The translations under genes were made by a program, and so were the position numbers. DNA of 64,000 bases from NCBI RefSeq assembly GCF_038025025.1, contig NW_027117341.1, positions 1,612,001 to 1,676,000 of the forward strand. Reading direction: 5' to 3'. The notes beneath the pieces were generated by a model. That model was not told the origin of the DNA. It worked only from the letters and a program-made list of their open reading frames with translations, and did no database searches. Source of the DNA: Phyllosticta citribraziliensis (lineage: Eukaryota). Below, in pieces: positions 35,844 to 49,141 of the stretch; position 1 is the stretch's first letter, and each line of letters opens with the position of its first letter.

Positions 35844-36548
35844 TCAATCGCTTGCCTTGTACTTCTCCCTGTACTCGAGGAGCTTCTTGAACTCGTCTTC
35901 CGAGGCCTTGCTCTTTGCAAACTCGATGATATCGTCCAGGCAGAGAATCGACAGGACGGGAATGCCGTACTGCTTCCTGACCTCTCCAATGGCGCTGGGA
36001 CGGGGAGTACCGTCGTCGTCAGTCGCACTGGGCGTCTTTTCCTGCCTGTCTACGGCAATGATGATGCCGACAAGAGTTCCACCCTCCTTCTTGATGATGT
36101 CAATGGCCTCGCGAATCGCAGTGCCCGCAGTGATGACGTCGTCTACTATGATGACCTTCTTGCCCTTCAATGGCGCGCCGACAATGTTGCCGCCCTCGCC
36201 ATGGTCCTTGGCCTCCTTTCTGTTGAAGCTGTACGAGACGTTGCCAAACTTCTTCACGTCAATGTCGGCCAGTTTGTCGACCGTGGTTGCGGCGAGGGGA
36301 ATGCCTTTGTACGCGGGACCGAAGATGACGTCGAACTCGAACGAGGGGTTTTGGGCAACTTCGCTTGCCAGCGTCTGGGCATAGGCGGACGAGATGGAGC
36401 GCACGAGGTCGGCACGGTGGAAGAGGCCGGCGTTGAAGAAGTAGGGCGAGATGCGCTTGGACTTGAGGGTGAAGGTGCCAAACTTGAGGGCGTCGGCCGA
36501 GACGCACGAGTCCAGAAAGGCGGCCTTGTAGGTGGGCAGGTTCGACAT
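35844..36548 (-). CDS. URA5: Orotate phosphoribosyltransferase
   Basis: [44 protein letters not shown] and PRPP loop [11 protein letters not shown]; intronless. Confidence 0.97.
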   Translation of the reverse strand: MSNLPTYKAAFLDSCVSADALKFGTFTLKSKRISPYFFNAGLFHRADLVRSISSAYAQTLASEVAQNPSFEFDVIFGPAYKGIPLAATTVDKLADIDVKKFGNVSYSFNRKEAKDHGEGGNIVGAPLKGKKVIIVDDVITAGTAIREAIDIIKKEGGTLVGIIIAVDRQEKTPSATDDDGTPRPSAIGEVRKQYGIPVLSILCLDDIIEFAKSKASEDEFKKLLEYREKYKASD

Positions 36549-36766
36549 GGCGGTGGTGAAGGGTACGGTAAGGTACATGTACACTGCGGGGAGACGGTGC
36601 CAAAAGTTTTGGAGGGGCCGCGGCGGCCGCCAGGGATTGTGGAAGATTGGTTCCGCCGCAGCCCCGACGACTTTTTTTCGCCCTATCGATACCTCCATGT
36701 ACCCGCCGCCTTTTGCCTCGCTGCCCCGAACATCCTTCACCACAACCTCCACAGGACGCAGACAAG
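36549..36766. promoter_or_regulatory. Short divergent intergenic region, likely bidirectional promoter of URA5 and NOG1
   Basis: Only 218 bp separate the head-to-head start codons. Confidence 0.65.
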
Positions 36767-38848
36767 ATGAAGACGACTTGGAAGGATATCGCGCCCGTCC
36801 CCACCAACCAAGAGTTCCTGGACATTGTCCTGAGCCGGACTCAGAGGCGCTTGCCCACGCAGATTCGCGCCGGCTTCAAGATTAGCAGAATTCGCGGTAT
36901 GTCTGCTAGGAATTCTCTTCACAACACCGCTGACGAGTGGCAAAGGCTTCTACACCCGCAAGGTCAAGTTCACCGCCGAGACTTTTTCCGAAAAGATTCA
37001 AGCCATTCTTGACGGCTTCCCCCGCCTGCAAGACATTCACCCTTTCCACAAGGACCTCCTCAACACCCTCTACGATGCCGACCACTTCAGAATCGCCCTG
37101 GGACAGCTGTCCACCGCCAAGCACTTGATTGAAGGAATCTCCCGCGACTATGTCAGGCTGCTCAAGTACGGTCAATCCCTGTTCCAATGCAAGCAGCTCA
37201 AGCGCGCCGCCCTCGGTCGCATGGCCACCATCTGCAAGCGTCTCAAGGACCCGCTCCTCTACCTCGAGCAAGTGCGCCAGCATTTGGGCCGTCTCCCGTC
37301 GATCGACCCGAACACGAGGACCCTGGTCATCTGCGGATACCCCAACGTCGGAAAGTCGAGTTTCTTGAGGAACATTTCTCGCGCCGATGTAGACGTACAG
37401 CCGTACGCTTTCACAACCAAGAGTCTTTTCGTCGGTCACTGTAAGCTTTGATCATCTCGAGGCAAGCAACCACGCTAACAGAAGCAGTCGACCATAAAAT
37501 GCTGCGTTTCCAAGCTATTGATACCCCCGGTATCCTCGACCACCCGCTCGAGGAAATGAACACCATCGAAATGCAGAGTATTACCGCCATTGCCCATCTT
37601 CGTTCTGCGATCATGTACTTCATGGACCTGAGTGAGCAGTGCGGCTACAGTGTTTCGGCCCAGATCCAGCTCTTCCACAGCATCAAGCCGCTCTTCAACA
37701 ACAAGCTCGTCTTTATTGTCATCAACAAGACCGACTTGAGGACACCCGAGGACTTGGACCCCGAGACCCAGGAGGCCCTGCAAGGAATGCTCAAGTCGGG
37801 AGAAGTCGAACTTCTCCAGCTTTCCTGCACTACCCAGGACGGCGTCATGGCGGTCAGGAGTGCCGTCTGCGATCGCCTCATTGCCCAGCGCAACGCCGAG
37901 AAGCTCAAGGCTGGTACTGCTGCCATCTCAGGCGAAGTCAGCGGCCGTCTTGGCGACGTTTTGCGCAGGATCCACGTCGCCCAGCCCATGGATGGCATCA
38001 CCCGCGAAGCCTACATTCCCGACGCCGTCAAGAACAGGATGAAGTACGACAGCACTGATCCCAGCCGCAAGAAGCTGCAGCGCGAGATTGAGGAGGAGAG
38101 CGGCGGTGCCGGCGTCTACAACATCAACATGAAGGAGCAGTACCTCCTGGAGAACGACGAGTGGAAGAACGACAAGATCCCCGAAATCTTCAACGGCAAG
38201 AACGTGTACGACTTCATCGACCCGGAAATCGAGGCCAAGCTGGCGGCGCTCGAGGCCGAGGAGGAGCAGATGGAGGCCGACGGCAAGTACGAGAGCGAGT
38301 CGGACCTCGAGGACGCCGACGACGCCAAGGTGCGGCACAAGGCGGACCTGATCCGCGAGAAGCGCGCGCTGCTGCGCAACGAGGCCAAGATGCGCAAGAG
38401 CCTCAAGAACCGCGCGCAGATCCCGCGCTCGGCCAAGGCCAAGAAGCTCAGCGAGATGGAGACGCACCTCGACAGCCTGGGCTACGACACGAGCTCGCTG
38501 GCGGCGCGGGCCCGGTCGCAGACGCGCGGCCGCAGCACCACGCGCGGCCGCTCCGAGGGCGGCGAGGGCGCCGGCGACGACGCCATGGACATTGACGGCG
38601 GCGACGACAACAAGAGCGCGTTTGACCGCGCCAAGAGCCGCGCGCGCAGCCAGAGCCGCTTCAACCGCCGCGACGAGGGCGTCAGCAACGAGGCGGCGCG
38701 CTCCAAGGCCGAGCGCCTGTCCAAGCTGGGCCAGAAGAAGATGAACCGCATGGCCAGGCAGGGCGAGGCCGACAGGCACCAGACGGTCGCGCTGCAGAAG
38801 CACTTGAACGCCGGCAAGCGTGGCATGGGCAGCACGAGGAGTCGTTAA
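36767..38848 (+). CDS. NOG1: Nucleolar GTP-binding protein 1
   Basis: [38 protein letters not shown] and NKTD motifs; introns 36897-36945 and 37441-37487. Confidence 0.97.
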
Positions 38849-39256
38849 AAGCAGTCGTTGTTGTTGCATGGGAGACAGACAGGGTTGGCTGGGTGGGGAG
38901 AGTTGCGGCGTTTGAGGGGACAAACCAGATTCTGGATTTTCTTGCTTCACATTTTTCGTTGCCCAAGTCTTTCTTAATGCGTCAATTGTATGTATCTGGT
39001 GCTTGCTTGGTTTGGGGCGTCCGTCTTTCTTTGCGGAAAAAAGAGACTTCTGAGAGTCGCCACGGAGGGAGGGGCAAGGACATGCATGAGATAGTCCTGC
39101 CAGTCGAATGGAACGATCATTTTATGTCAGTGGTCTCTGCTTGCCTCTCGTGAATGTAGGGCGTGATGCGTGCTTAGTATTCCTACAATACCATCCAGGA
39201 TACCCAACTTCTACCACCACCACCTACAGGGCACGTCGGACCAGGTACGTGACTAC

Positions 39257-39283
39257 GTCGTCGTCGTCGTCGTCGTCGTCGTC
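39257..39283. repeat. (GTC)9 microsatellite
   Basis: Read directly from the sequence. Confidence 0.85.
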
Positions 39284-40372
39284 CACCCACCTACAAACCC
39301 GCCCCATCATCCGTCAACAACCCAACAATGGCCGCCGTTGCTCCCCATCCACCCGCTCACTCAGGCACACTCTCAGACGTCACAGATATCGCTGGTTGCC
39401 TGCCCTGCGGCGACAGACAGACGACTGAGGGAACCAGGAAAAGTAACAGAGGGCCGCAGAATGCTGCTCAGTGGAGAGCGAGTGGATGAGAGGGCGTGGC
39501 CGAGGGGGGGTGGACACACGCAATGACATGCAGCTCACCTACGCAAGTTAACCGGAAAAGAACTGAGGCGTAGGGAGTGAGGGGTGTTGAGCAGACTCCG
39601 GTCGATTTACCAAAATTCCCCAACGGAAACAAGGCCAGAGAGCCATGTAACAAACGGGCCAATCACACAAGGCTTCAAACCCACCCACCACATGCCATGC
39701 CATCTCGTCCATCTCACTTTAACCACCACTACAATTCGCATAACCAGCCATGTAGGTAGTAAGATGATCATGAAAGCGCGCATATACACGTATATACTCG
39801 CCATCGCATCCGCATTCGCACGCATATGCATACGCACATGTGCCTATGTATATATGTACCCATGTATGTGTACGAGGAGGTATTCCACCCACCGACAACA
39901 AAATCAGCAACCCATCGCTTAAGAGACAATCCAGCCCAAAAGAGAAGAGAAGAGAAGAGAGAAGGAAAGCTAAACCAAATCTCCCCCAAAAAGGAGAAAA
40001 ATTGCAGCTCCAACGCGACAATGACGACATGACGTAAGGTAGGTAGCGGAGAGACGAGACGAGACGAAACGAGACGAGGCGGGAGTATCATCCATCCATC
40101 CATTCATGTACAGAGAAGAAAGAGAAAGAGAAAGAGACGAAGAAGGCGAGAAACATAGGGGGCCGTCGCTTGCGCCAATGTGGGAAAAGGGTCGAGGCGA
40201 GAGAAGTGAAAAGAGGAAAGAGGAAAGAAGAAAGAGGAAAGAAAAAAGGGAAAAGACAAGGAGTCCACGCGTTCGCTCGTCATCATGGCTGGACATCAAA
40301 AAGCAAGAATCAGAAGAAGGAGAAGGAAAAGATGGAAAAAACATAGAGCCAGAGCAGCTCACCCACCACCAC

Positions 40373-43300
40373 TCAATACTTCTCCCCCGGCGCCGACATC
40401 TCAATGCACTTGCCCAGCAGCCGACTCGCCTCATGCAGCAGCTCCCAGCGCGTCTTGACAAACATGTCGCGCAGCAGCACCAGCAACCCGATGCAGGCGT
40501 TGCGGTCGCGCAGCTTGACCAGCTCGTCCGGCGCCGACACGCCGCCCACGCGCCGCAGGAACCCGCGCATGTCGCGCACCAGCGCCTCGCGCGTCGTCAG
40601 GTCGTCGTACGGCGCCGTCAGCGCCCCGTCCAGCGCGAACCCGTACGCCCACACGATCAGCGCCGCGAAGTACAGCACCCACGGCCGGTTGAGGAGGAAG
40701 TCTTCGCGCGCCGAGTACGTGAAGCCGGCGGCGGTGTCGGGGGTTTGTGGCCCGCCGCCGGCGTTGAGGTGGTGGTGTTGGTGCGCGGCGCGGCTGGACG
40801 AGCTGAGCGCCGGCGACGACGCCGTGCGGTGGTCGGCTGGCAGCAGCACTTGGCTGAGGAAGCGCAGCGCATAGAAGGTTGCGTCGCGCGCGCGCGCCGA
40901 CGGCGCCCAGTGCTCCTTCATGCGGCGCTGCGCCGCGGCGTAGTCCTGCGGGCCAATGTTGCGGCCGAGCAGGCGCGTGGCGCCGGCGTAGATCTGGCAG
41001 TCGACAATGTCGACGTGCATGGCCATGTGGGCGAGGTGGTGGAGCACGGTGCGCGACTCGAAGACGTTGTCGTCGATGATGCCCGTGTTGTACGTCGAAT
41101 ACGCCGACGGCGGCGACGACAGGTCGCCGTTCTTGGCCAGCGACGTGTCGAAGTCTTGCTTCCAAAAGTCAAAGGCCCGCGTTAGGCTGCCTCGCCACTT
41201 GTCGCGGCCTCCGAGCGCTTGCGATGCCCCCAGTGAACTGACTTGGAGGTCTCGCTGCGTCATGTGCCAGCTTACGCTCAAGAGGCCGGCCATGAGGATG
41301 GTGCGGCCAAACGAATTGGTCCGCACGGCCTGGCCACTGAGAGTCTTCTTGAGGCCGTCGAGAAATGTAATCGGCTTGATGCCGTTGCTGCGAAGGCTGG
41401 ACTCGACGCGTCCCACTTCTTGCGCACTGGTGGCCGACCACAGCGCCTCGTCGCAGGGAAGCGGTAACCGCATCTCGTGCGCGACCATGACGGCAGAGTG
41501 GCCAAACATGGTTGCGTGTATCGAGTCGATGACAAATGCCGCAAAGGCTGCTCGCCGTGTCGCCTCATTGGTGATCCACTGATCCCACCACTCTTCCTGC
41601 GCAGTCGTTGCTGACACAGACCCATGCCTGCTGTCTTTTGCGCTGGGTGGCGAGTCCAGAGGTGACCTGCCAATCAGAGAGCTGCCTCTTCGCATCAATG
41701 TCAGAGTCGTGGCGTGGTGAATGTGTGCGCGCTCATGGAGAGGCCGCGTGGAATACATCTTCTCGAAGCACTCCAAGAGTATGAGTGCTTGAAACACCCA
41801 CAACTTCGCCGGCGGCCTAAAGTCAGCATCCATAAAGATTTCCCACCTGAGGTGCCATGCAATGAAATTCGCAAGCTCCGCACACGTCGTCGTAACGTCC
41901 AAGCCAAAGCTCTTCTCCAGACAGGACGCCCCAAGCGCCATCATGGCCAGCAAAAGTAGCGGCGGACAACTTGCCGCATTGAATGTGGGCCGATGTAATA
42001 TGGGAAGTTGAGTATGGAAGTGAACCCAGTAGGAACCGATATATGTCTGCATCATCTTCAAGCTGAGCACATGATTGTCGTCGTCCATGTTGCCCTCGAG
42101 GAACTCTTCTTTTTGTTTCTTGACAGGCTGATGATGGGTCTCGTTGAAGCGTGCCTCCACCAAGTCGAGGAGCTGCTGTCGCTTTTCTTCTGACAATGCC
42201 GACTCTGGAAGACTGGTATCGAGAATGCTGTTGACAGACATGGGCTGGTGGGGAGGCGCGGGTTGGTTATAGTACGCATTTACATTTGCGTCGAAGCCAA
42301 AGAATGGGGTTGGCATTCCAAAATTGGATCCCGATCCAGGCATGCTCGGTATGTTACCCGAAGAATATGCCATGGGCGACTGGCCAGGACCAAAACTAGA
42401 TTCGTTAAACAGCCACGCTGTAAAGTCGTCTGCCATTGCAAAGGGGGAGCGACTGTAGCCCTCTCCCCCAAACACGGGCATCGAGTAATTTGGGTTGAAG
42501 TTGTCCAGCATCTGGACGTCGCCAGGGTTGTTGATTGGGTCCATGCTATTTGCTGGCATGACGAAGTTTTGTGGAGTTGCGTGGGCAGACTGTACATGTG
42601 GAAATCCTGGTGGGGGCAGAGAAGTCAAATGCGGCGCCGCCTTCTTTTGCTGTGAATATGCCGAAGCAGGATTGGATTGGTTGTTTAGATTAGTGGCCGT
42701 GATGGAACCCGTGACGAACGGCGAACTCATATTGCCCGTCTGTACAGCTCCCCCTTGTTTGTGCATTTGCGGTGAGGTAAATCCCTGACTGTTTTGATGT
42801 GGAGAGAATTGGGACCCCGTGTTGCCCAGGCCGTCAAAGCTAGATGATCGCTGAGAGGTGCCGTAGCTGGATGAACTTCTCTGGCGGGCGTCTGGCATGG
42901 ACATGTTGGTGGAAGCCCATGCATCGATACTACTTCGCCGTGTCGAGGGGCTTCCTGGGGCTGGTATGCCGACGGCAGACTGCATTGAAGCGTTGTATTG
43001 TGCAGATCCTAGCCTCGCTGACGGTCCCACAGCATTGGCAGGCGATTGTGACATGTACGACGGATCGCCGACTGGCTGGTTCTGAGACTGGTTCAGTTTG
43101 TTTCTGCACATGTTGTTCTGAGCACTCACTAGCGGCGAGTTGTCAGTCTTGACCATTTTCGCATTTCTGTTGGCCATGGCGCTAGCGACGATTGGGTTGA
43201 TGTTGTGCAAAAAGGTGTCTTTGCGCAGCAGTTGCGAACCCCTTGCCGTATGTCTCTCCTTGTGTCTAGCGCACAGGTCCTGTCTAACAAACGAACGGTG

Positions 43301-43737
43301 GCAGTCGGGAAAATCGCAGTAGTATATTTGTTTTGGGTTGTCTGCGGCCCGTCAGTCCCATGGCGGGCAGATGATGGAGTCGACCTACGATTCAATTGGT
43401 GTCTGTACAGATGCTCTGCCCTCGAATAGCTCTTTCCGCAGCCCTCGTGAGGACATTCAAACTTCTTGTCCAAGCCCTTGCGACTCCGTCTCCGCTTCCG
43501 CGAGTTTCCAGGCGTAGCGTCTTCAGAGGTTTTGCCTTGGTTGTCTAGGTCATCGGCGCTCTCGTCTTCTCTGTCGCGACGGCGGCCTCGGCTCTGGTCG
43601 GAGTTGGGACTCGTCATGTCTTGGGGCCGGAGGTTTGTCTGGCCGGCGGCGTGGGTAGATAGCGAGGCTTGGACGTTGGGCGGGTTGCCGAATGCGAGCG
43701 GGTTTCCTGCCTGTGGTGGCAGTATCTGCGCCGTCAT
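40373..43737 (-). CDS. C2H2 zinc-finger TF with fungal-specific TF (Fungal_trans) domain
   Basis: CPHEGCGKSYSRAEHLYRHQLN|H and CDFPDC..RQDLCARHKERH across intron 43342-43388. Also YWVHFHTQLPILHRPTF and LPLPCDEALW. Confidence 0.92.
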
Positions 43738-45647
43738 AGCTCGCGTGACGTCGCAAAGGGCAGAGGGCTGTCAAAAGCGCAGTCTCACCCGTGGGTAGCC
43801 GCGGCGGGCGGTGGTGAGGGCGAGGTCGCGGGAGGGGCAGGCGGTTTGGCGTTCGGGTAGCACGTCGACCCGCAGTCTGGGGATATTGTGGTTTGGTGGC
43901 ACAAGAGAGGATGAAAGCGTGGGCCTGAGAGGAGAGGTGGAGGACGGTGGGGCAGAGTGGATAAGAAGGCGTGGTGATGCGGTGCCGTCGACGGCGAGGG
44001 AGGCTAGCGCAAGTTGACGTCTGGGACGAGGTCGCGCCTGGTGGAGACAGGGGAGGGCCTTGGGGAGGGCCAAGCCAGGAGAGGACCCTGGGAGATTTTT
44101 TTTTTGATTTTTTTGGTGTTGTCGGTCGATGGATGGATAGACTTGGTAGCGGATGGTGGACGTCTGGGACCGGGCGACGTCGATCCGATGGCTCGTGCCG
44201 CAGGGCGTGGGGAAGTCGGAGGCACGATGGATGACATTTCCGCCGCATCCGCGAATAAAACCCACCGACGACCCAAGACGCTACCCTGGCGCTGCGCCCG
44301 CCACGGCCGATGCTATTGTGATGTCCAGGTTGTCCCTGCGCGTCGTCTTTGCAATGGGTCCTACCCTCGCTCCCCCACAGTCCGCGCCATGGCGTGGGGA
44401 AGCGTGGGGACGGCCTCACCTCTCTCTGCTGGACTACCACCATCTCCACCATCTCCATCATCTGCAACGCCATGTCCGTTTCTTTCTCCGTCACAACTGA
44501 ACATGGACACTATCAGTCCGGGCCATCTCCGTCTCCTCCGCGTGCCCCACCGTTGGGTTGTTTCGGCCCGCCCTGCCTCGGTCCAGCGCTCTTGACAGAC
44601 GTTCCAATCAGACGCTTCATCACCATCTCGGCCGGCCTCTTTTTCTTTTTCAACCATCCCTGTGCATTCCCATGGTCCATTTTCGGATGCTTCCTGCAAG
44701 ACTCCCCGAACATATCGGCATACGTAAAAGCCATTATCGGACATGGTCCTGTGCCGTGGTTGCGCCACACGTCGTCCTTGTGGCGGCATACAGCACATCA
44801 CCAGCCTCCAAGATTGTCAAGTCGATCGGCCGAAAGCATGAGTCAATATCTGATCCAATAGGGACACCCGAGGTGATGGCCATTTGCTGCGTTTCACTGG
44901 TGTGCTCACTGAGAATGGGACATGTACAAACGGCCCGGGATGACTGTTCGCCCTGGATTTTGCAGGCTGACGAAATGCCAGCCCAAGAAGCTCCCCGTGG
45001 CGCTGACTGGCCTGCACGGTCGGAATTCTTGCAAGCCTCTCGTCCGTCAACAGGGAAACGGCCGACGCTCCTTTTGCTTGAGAGTTCAAGATTCAGGCAA
45101 GACATTCTGGATTTTGCTCGTCAGGAACAACCTGGGTTGAATCTGGGCATGGGCATGGCGTTGCTTGAGTGACCGTGGTTCCGACCAAGCTTTCTTGGTC
45201 CTGCGATGTGGACAAACTGCGGTGTCAAGGCGCGGGATACTATAATTTTGCAAGGCTGGTGGGGTCCGAATTGTCGACAGGGGCCATGTAAATGACTAGC
45301 AGCTGATTCAGCTGAAGGTGGTTCAAAGTTGAGCCCAGGCAGTCTCCTGCGGTGTCGTCTGGTGTTGCAGGTCGACGACCCACCTCAGCGGGCCGGGACA
45401 GAAACCGAATCGGCTTCGGGTTCCGGTTCTCCTTCCCGTCCACTGCTCACCGCCGCGCCGAGGCCGAGTTCCGTTCCTTCCGCTCCTTCGGTTCCACCCA
45501 CCGGCTCCACTCTTTTCGTCGGCACCGCCGGCATGACATAAGATCCGCGTTCCTCTCCCTACCTACCTCACATACCTTACCCAGACCTCCAAATCCCATC
45601 ATGCATCCACCTCGACTCTGCATCCTCACCCGTCCTCACTCCCCACC

Positions 45648-47084
45648 ATGGCAGATTCCGCCCCTCCCACCGGCCTGGGAGCCCGCTTGAAATTCGCCCT
45701 CAGGCCGAAAAAGAGTCGCAGCCGCCTCGCCAAGAAGCCGCCGCCAGACCACATGAGCCTGCACAGTGAGGCTTCCAGACCTCAGACTGCCAAATCGCTC
45801 CACTACCATGATGGCTCCATGCGTGCCGCCCCCGACATCATTGACAAGTCGACCGGGGAGCGCACCGACATTACTGCCCTCATGCATGGTCTCCAAGACA
45901 ATTCTGAATCAGGAGAACAGGCTTACTACATTGAACACGACAACCACCGCAGTCCTGGAGAGCCTCTAGTCGCGAGCTTACCCTCAGACCTGTGGGCCAG
46001 AATTGCTGCCCATCTGCAGCTCGCCGACGCCGCCAGCTTGGCCTTTACGACTAAGCTGCTTTTTCAGCGAATTGGACCTGGACCCTGGGAGAATCTACGG
46101 CTGGAAGAAAATCGCCAACGTAGGGCTGAATTTTTGGCAAGGCTAGACTATTCGATGCCTGACCATCTGCTGTGCTTCCCCTGCGCAAAGTTTCACTTGC
46201 GCATCCAGCCTGGCCAGGAAACTCTCAAGCCCCCAACCGTCCTCAACCCGTTGTTCGAATGTCCAAATGCACAGAACCCTCTGCTGCCTCCATCTCGCAT
46301 CCGCCTCACCTCAACCCGGAACCTCCCATTCACCTTTGTCCAGCTGGTCATGCGTGCCCACCGCTATGGTCCTCGGTATGGCATCCCATGCGACGAGCTA
46401 TTTAGGCGCTGGAAAGATCCCGACAGCGGATGGTCGCATCAAACACGCTACCATGTCGTCAAGGGACACTTGCTCTTGCGAGTCGTCAGTCAAACCTTTG
46501 CGACTGCGGGCCTTCCGCCTTCTGGTCAGCGCACGCTCCTCTTCTCGCGCCAAGACTACTCGCCGTACTTTTCCGTGTGCGCTCACTGGAAGGACGGCGA
46601 GCTGACGAATCTGTGCAAATGCGCGCTGAACCATCTGCCCAAGCCGCAGACTGGGAGTGGGCCGGAGCAGCAGTTCCAGCGCCGCATCGACACGGTGCGC
46701 AAAGCCAGCGCGCCCCTGACGGCCCTCCGCGCGGCCAGCCAATGCCCGGAATGCCGATCCATACGGCGGTGCCCGGAGTGCCCGACAGAGTATCTCGTCG
46801 AGCTGAAGCTGGCCGAGGACAAGAGCGACCGGGCGCAAATGTTCAAACAAGCCATCTCGGTGACGCGATGGAGCGACCTTGGAGACGGGACGACGCCCGC
46901 CACAGCCGAGTGGGCGGCATGCAGGGGCGACAACGAAGCGTACGATTCGTTCGAGGCCATTGGCCGGCGCGCCATCTCGGGCACATTTGAGAGTCAGACG
47001 GGCGACTTCATCCCGGGCCAGCGCGTCCGCTCGCTGAACCCGAAGAACCAAAAGAAAGGCGAAGAAGGACATAACTGGTACTGA
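45648..47084 (+). CDS. F-box-like domain fungal protein with Cys-rich segments
   Basis: SLPSDLWARIAAHL..ADAASLAFTTKLL F-box-like motif; LLCFPCAKFH; RRCPECPTEY; intronless 478 aa. Confidence 0.75.
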   Translation: MADSAPPTGLGARLKFALRPKKSRSRLAKKPPPDHMSLHSEASRPQTAKSLHYHDGSMRAAPDIIDKSTGERTDITALMHGLQDNSESGEQAYYIEHDNHRSPGEPLVASLPSDLWARIAAHLQLADAASLAFTTKLLFQRIGPGPWENLRLEENRQRRAEFLARLDYSMPDHLLCFPCAKFHLRIQPGQETLKPPTVLNPLFECPNAQNPLLPPSRIRLTSTRNLPFTFVQLVMRAHRYGPRYGIPCDELFRRWKDPDSGWSHQTRYHVVKGHLLLRVVSQTFATAGLPPSGQRTLLFSRQDYSPYFSVCAHWKDGELTNLCKCALNHLPKPQTGSGPEQQFQRRIDTVRKASAPLTALRAASQCPECRSIRRCPECPTEYLVELKLAEDKSDRAQMFKQAISVTRWSDLGDGTTPATAEWAACRGDNEAYDSFEAIGRRAISGTFESQTGDFIPGQRVRSLNPKNQKKGEEGHNWY

Positions 47085-48575
47085 GCTTAAGCCGACGCAC
47101 GCAGAAAGCCTGTCTCTGCCCTACACACCACGCCAGTGCCGCGGCGCAAGAAAAAGTCTCGCGACTCGCGACTCGCGTCGAGCATTGGTTTTTCTGGACG
47201 GCCCACGGCGTCGCCGACGCCGAGACGCGTCTGGACAACACCAAGCAAGCCTGAAAACGTAATGGCAGGTGATGGGCGTCGTAGATGGTAGGATCCCGCA
47301 TCTCATCTCATGCTCGCCCTGTCTGGCGTCCAACATGGTACTCAAGCGCGTTAGCGGCTACCCTTGCGCGCCATCTCAGCCACAGCAGCCCGCTGGAAGA
47401 AGCAAAACGGGCGCCGCGCCATCTACGATTCCCGCATGACAGGAGCATCCGTTCGCCACTGCACTGTGGCCATTGCACTGTGGCGGACGAGCAAACACAC
47501 TTTTCCGCGCGCCGCGGACCGCTGCCAGCCCTACCGTATCGAACACGAGCGACGAAAGAAGAATGCAGATTCAATGTGGGAAGGGAAAGGGGCTGATGGA
47601 CGAGGAAGAGGTGGAGGTGGGCTCTGCTCTGCATCTGCTTCTCCACACCATGCAGCAGCAGACGCGATGTCCATGTCCATATCCACGTCCCTGTCCCTGC
47701 CACGATCCCTCCCCACAATCCACCTCGTCGGCCCTGTCCCTGCTGCCCTACCTCCACTACAATCATATCTGATCCAGAAGGAATCATCGTTTACGCACGC
47801 ACTGCACACGGCCGATTGCGGACGGATGCGGTACCGGCATGGGCACGGGCGCGTACGGTACCTTGTTGTCACTTTGCGTGAGGCTGGCTACCATGCCTTG
47901 CCTCGCCACTAGTTACCTTGGTTACAACCTGCCCGTGTACCCGGCAGCGAGGAACCCACCCACCCACCCATCCCGTTCCCGTTTCTGATTCTGATTCCGA
48001 TTCCGTTTTCGGTGTACAGTGCATATACCTAGTCAGAGCGGCGACAGCGGCGGCGGCAGCAATGGTCGAAGGACAAACTTGAGGTATGAGAGGACAAAGG
48101 GCAGACAGCGGCAAAGAACAAACAAACAAACAGGGCCGCCGACCCGCCTGCTCGCCCGGCCAATCCTCCAGGCAAGGAAAACGGCAATTCCGACCTGTCT
48201 TCACGGCCCATCCAACCAACCCATGCGCCGACAAAGTGGAAAGAAAAAGCAAGAGGGGAAAAGAGACAAGAAGAACAAGAAAGAGGAGGAGAAGAGCAAG
48301 AAAGCGGGCGAGTACGCGCGCTGATTGGCTCTTTTGCGTCGTTTTTTTTCTTCTGGGCGGGCGGCTGGGTGACACATGGCCTGCTGATTGGCTATATTCA
48401 TATATAGACTAGACATGTCGACTACGGGTAGATAGATACCAGACAGGGCAGGCAAGACAATCAGATAACAACCTGTAGTGAAGGTACGGGAAAGCTGTCT
48501 GTTTGTCATGCTCACTCGCCACGCGTATCTACCTGCCTGCCTGCCTCTACTACTTGCCATACTTGGGCGTTGCGA

Positions 48576-48599
48576 GGGGGGGGGGGGGGGGGGGGGGGG
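48576..48599. repeat. Poly-G tract (24 nt)
   Basis: Read directly from the sequence. Confidence 0.9.
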
Positions 48600-49116
48600 T
48601 CGCATTTGCATTTCCCCATCGAGTCGACCGGCCATGTACATGTAGGTACGTACTGTCGGAATGGCGGATCGGTATCGCGTACATATCAACATCATGCACA
48701 ATCCAAGCACACGTTCGTAGCCCGACTAGTCCAATCCCCGCCATCAATCAATCAAGTCGTCGAAAAAATGATATCACTGCCACCACCAGCACTTGACTGA
48801 ATCATCTTATCTACCTATCTATCTACCCGCCCATCTCTCTCTTTGCCTTCACTCCACACGTCACCGCATCACCTCATCAGTGAATGCTCCCCCCTCCGCC
48901 TACACGCATCTACGCGCATCCGTCTCTGTCCGCCCATCCGTCTCATCTTACCTGACCTGACCTGGCCTCCGTCCTTTCTTCCTTCTCCCCTTCTCCCCTT
49001 CTCCGCCCTCCTGCGTTGGCGCCGTGGAGAAAGGACCGACGTAAACCTGTACATCCATCCATCCATCCATCTCCTTACATACCTTACACACATCATCATC
49101 ATCATCCACCTACGCG

Positions 49117-49141
49117 CACACACACACACACACACACACAC
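49117..49141. repeat. (CA)n microsatellite
   Basis: Read directly from the sequence. Confidence 0.85.

Noticed and set aside
36549..36752. N-terminal extension of URA5 in the ORF track
   Set aside because: Non-ATG start overlapping the NOG1 promoter; homology begins at ATG 36548.
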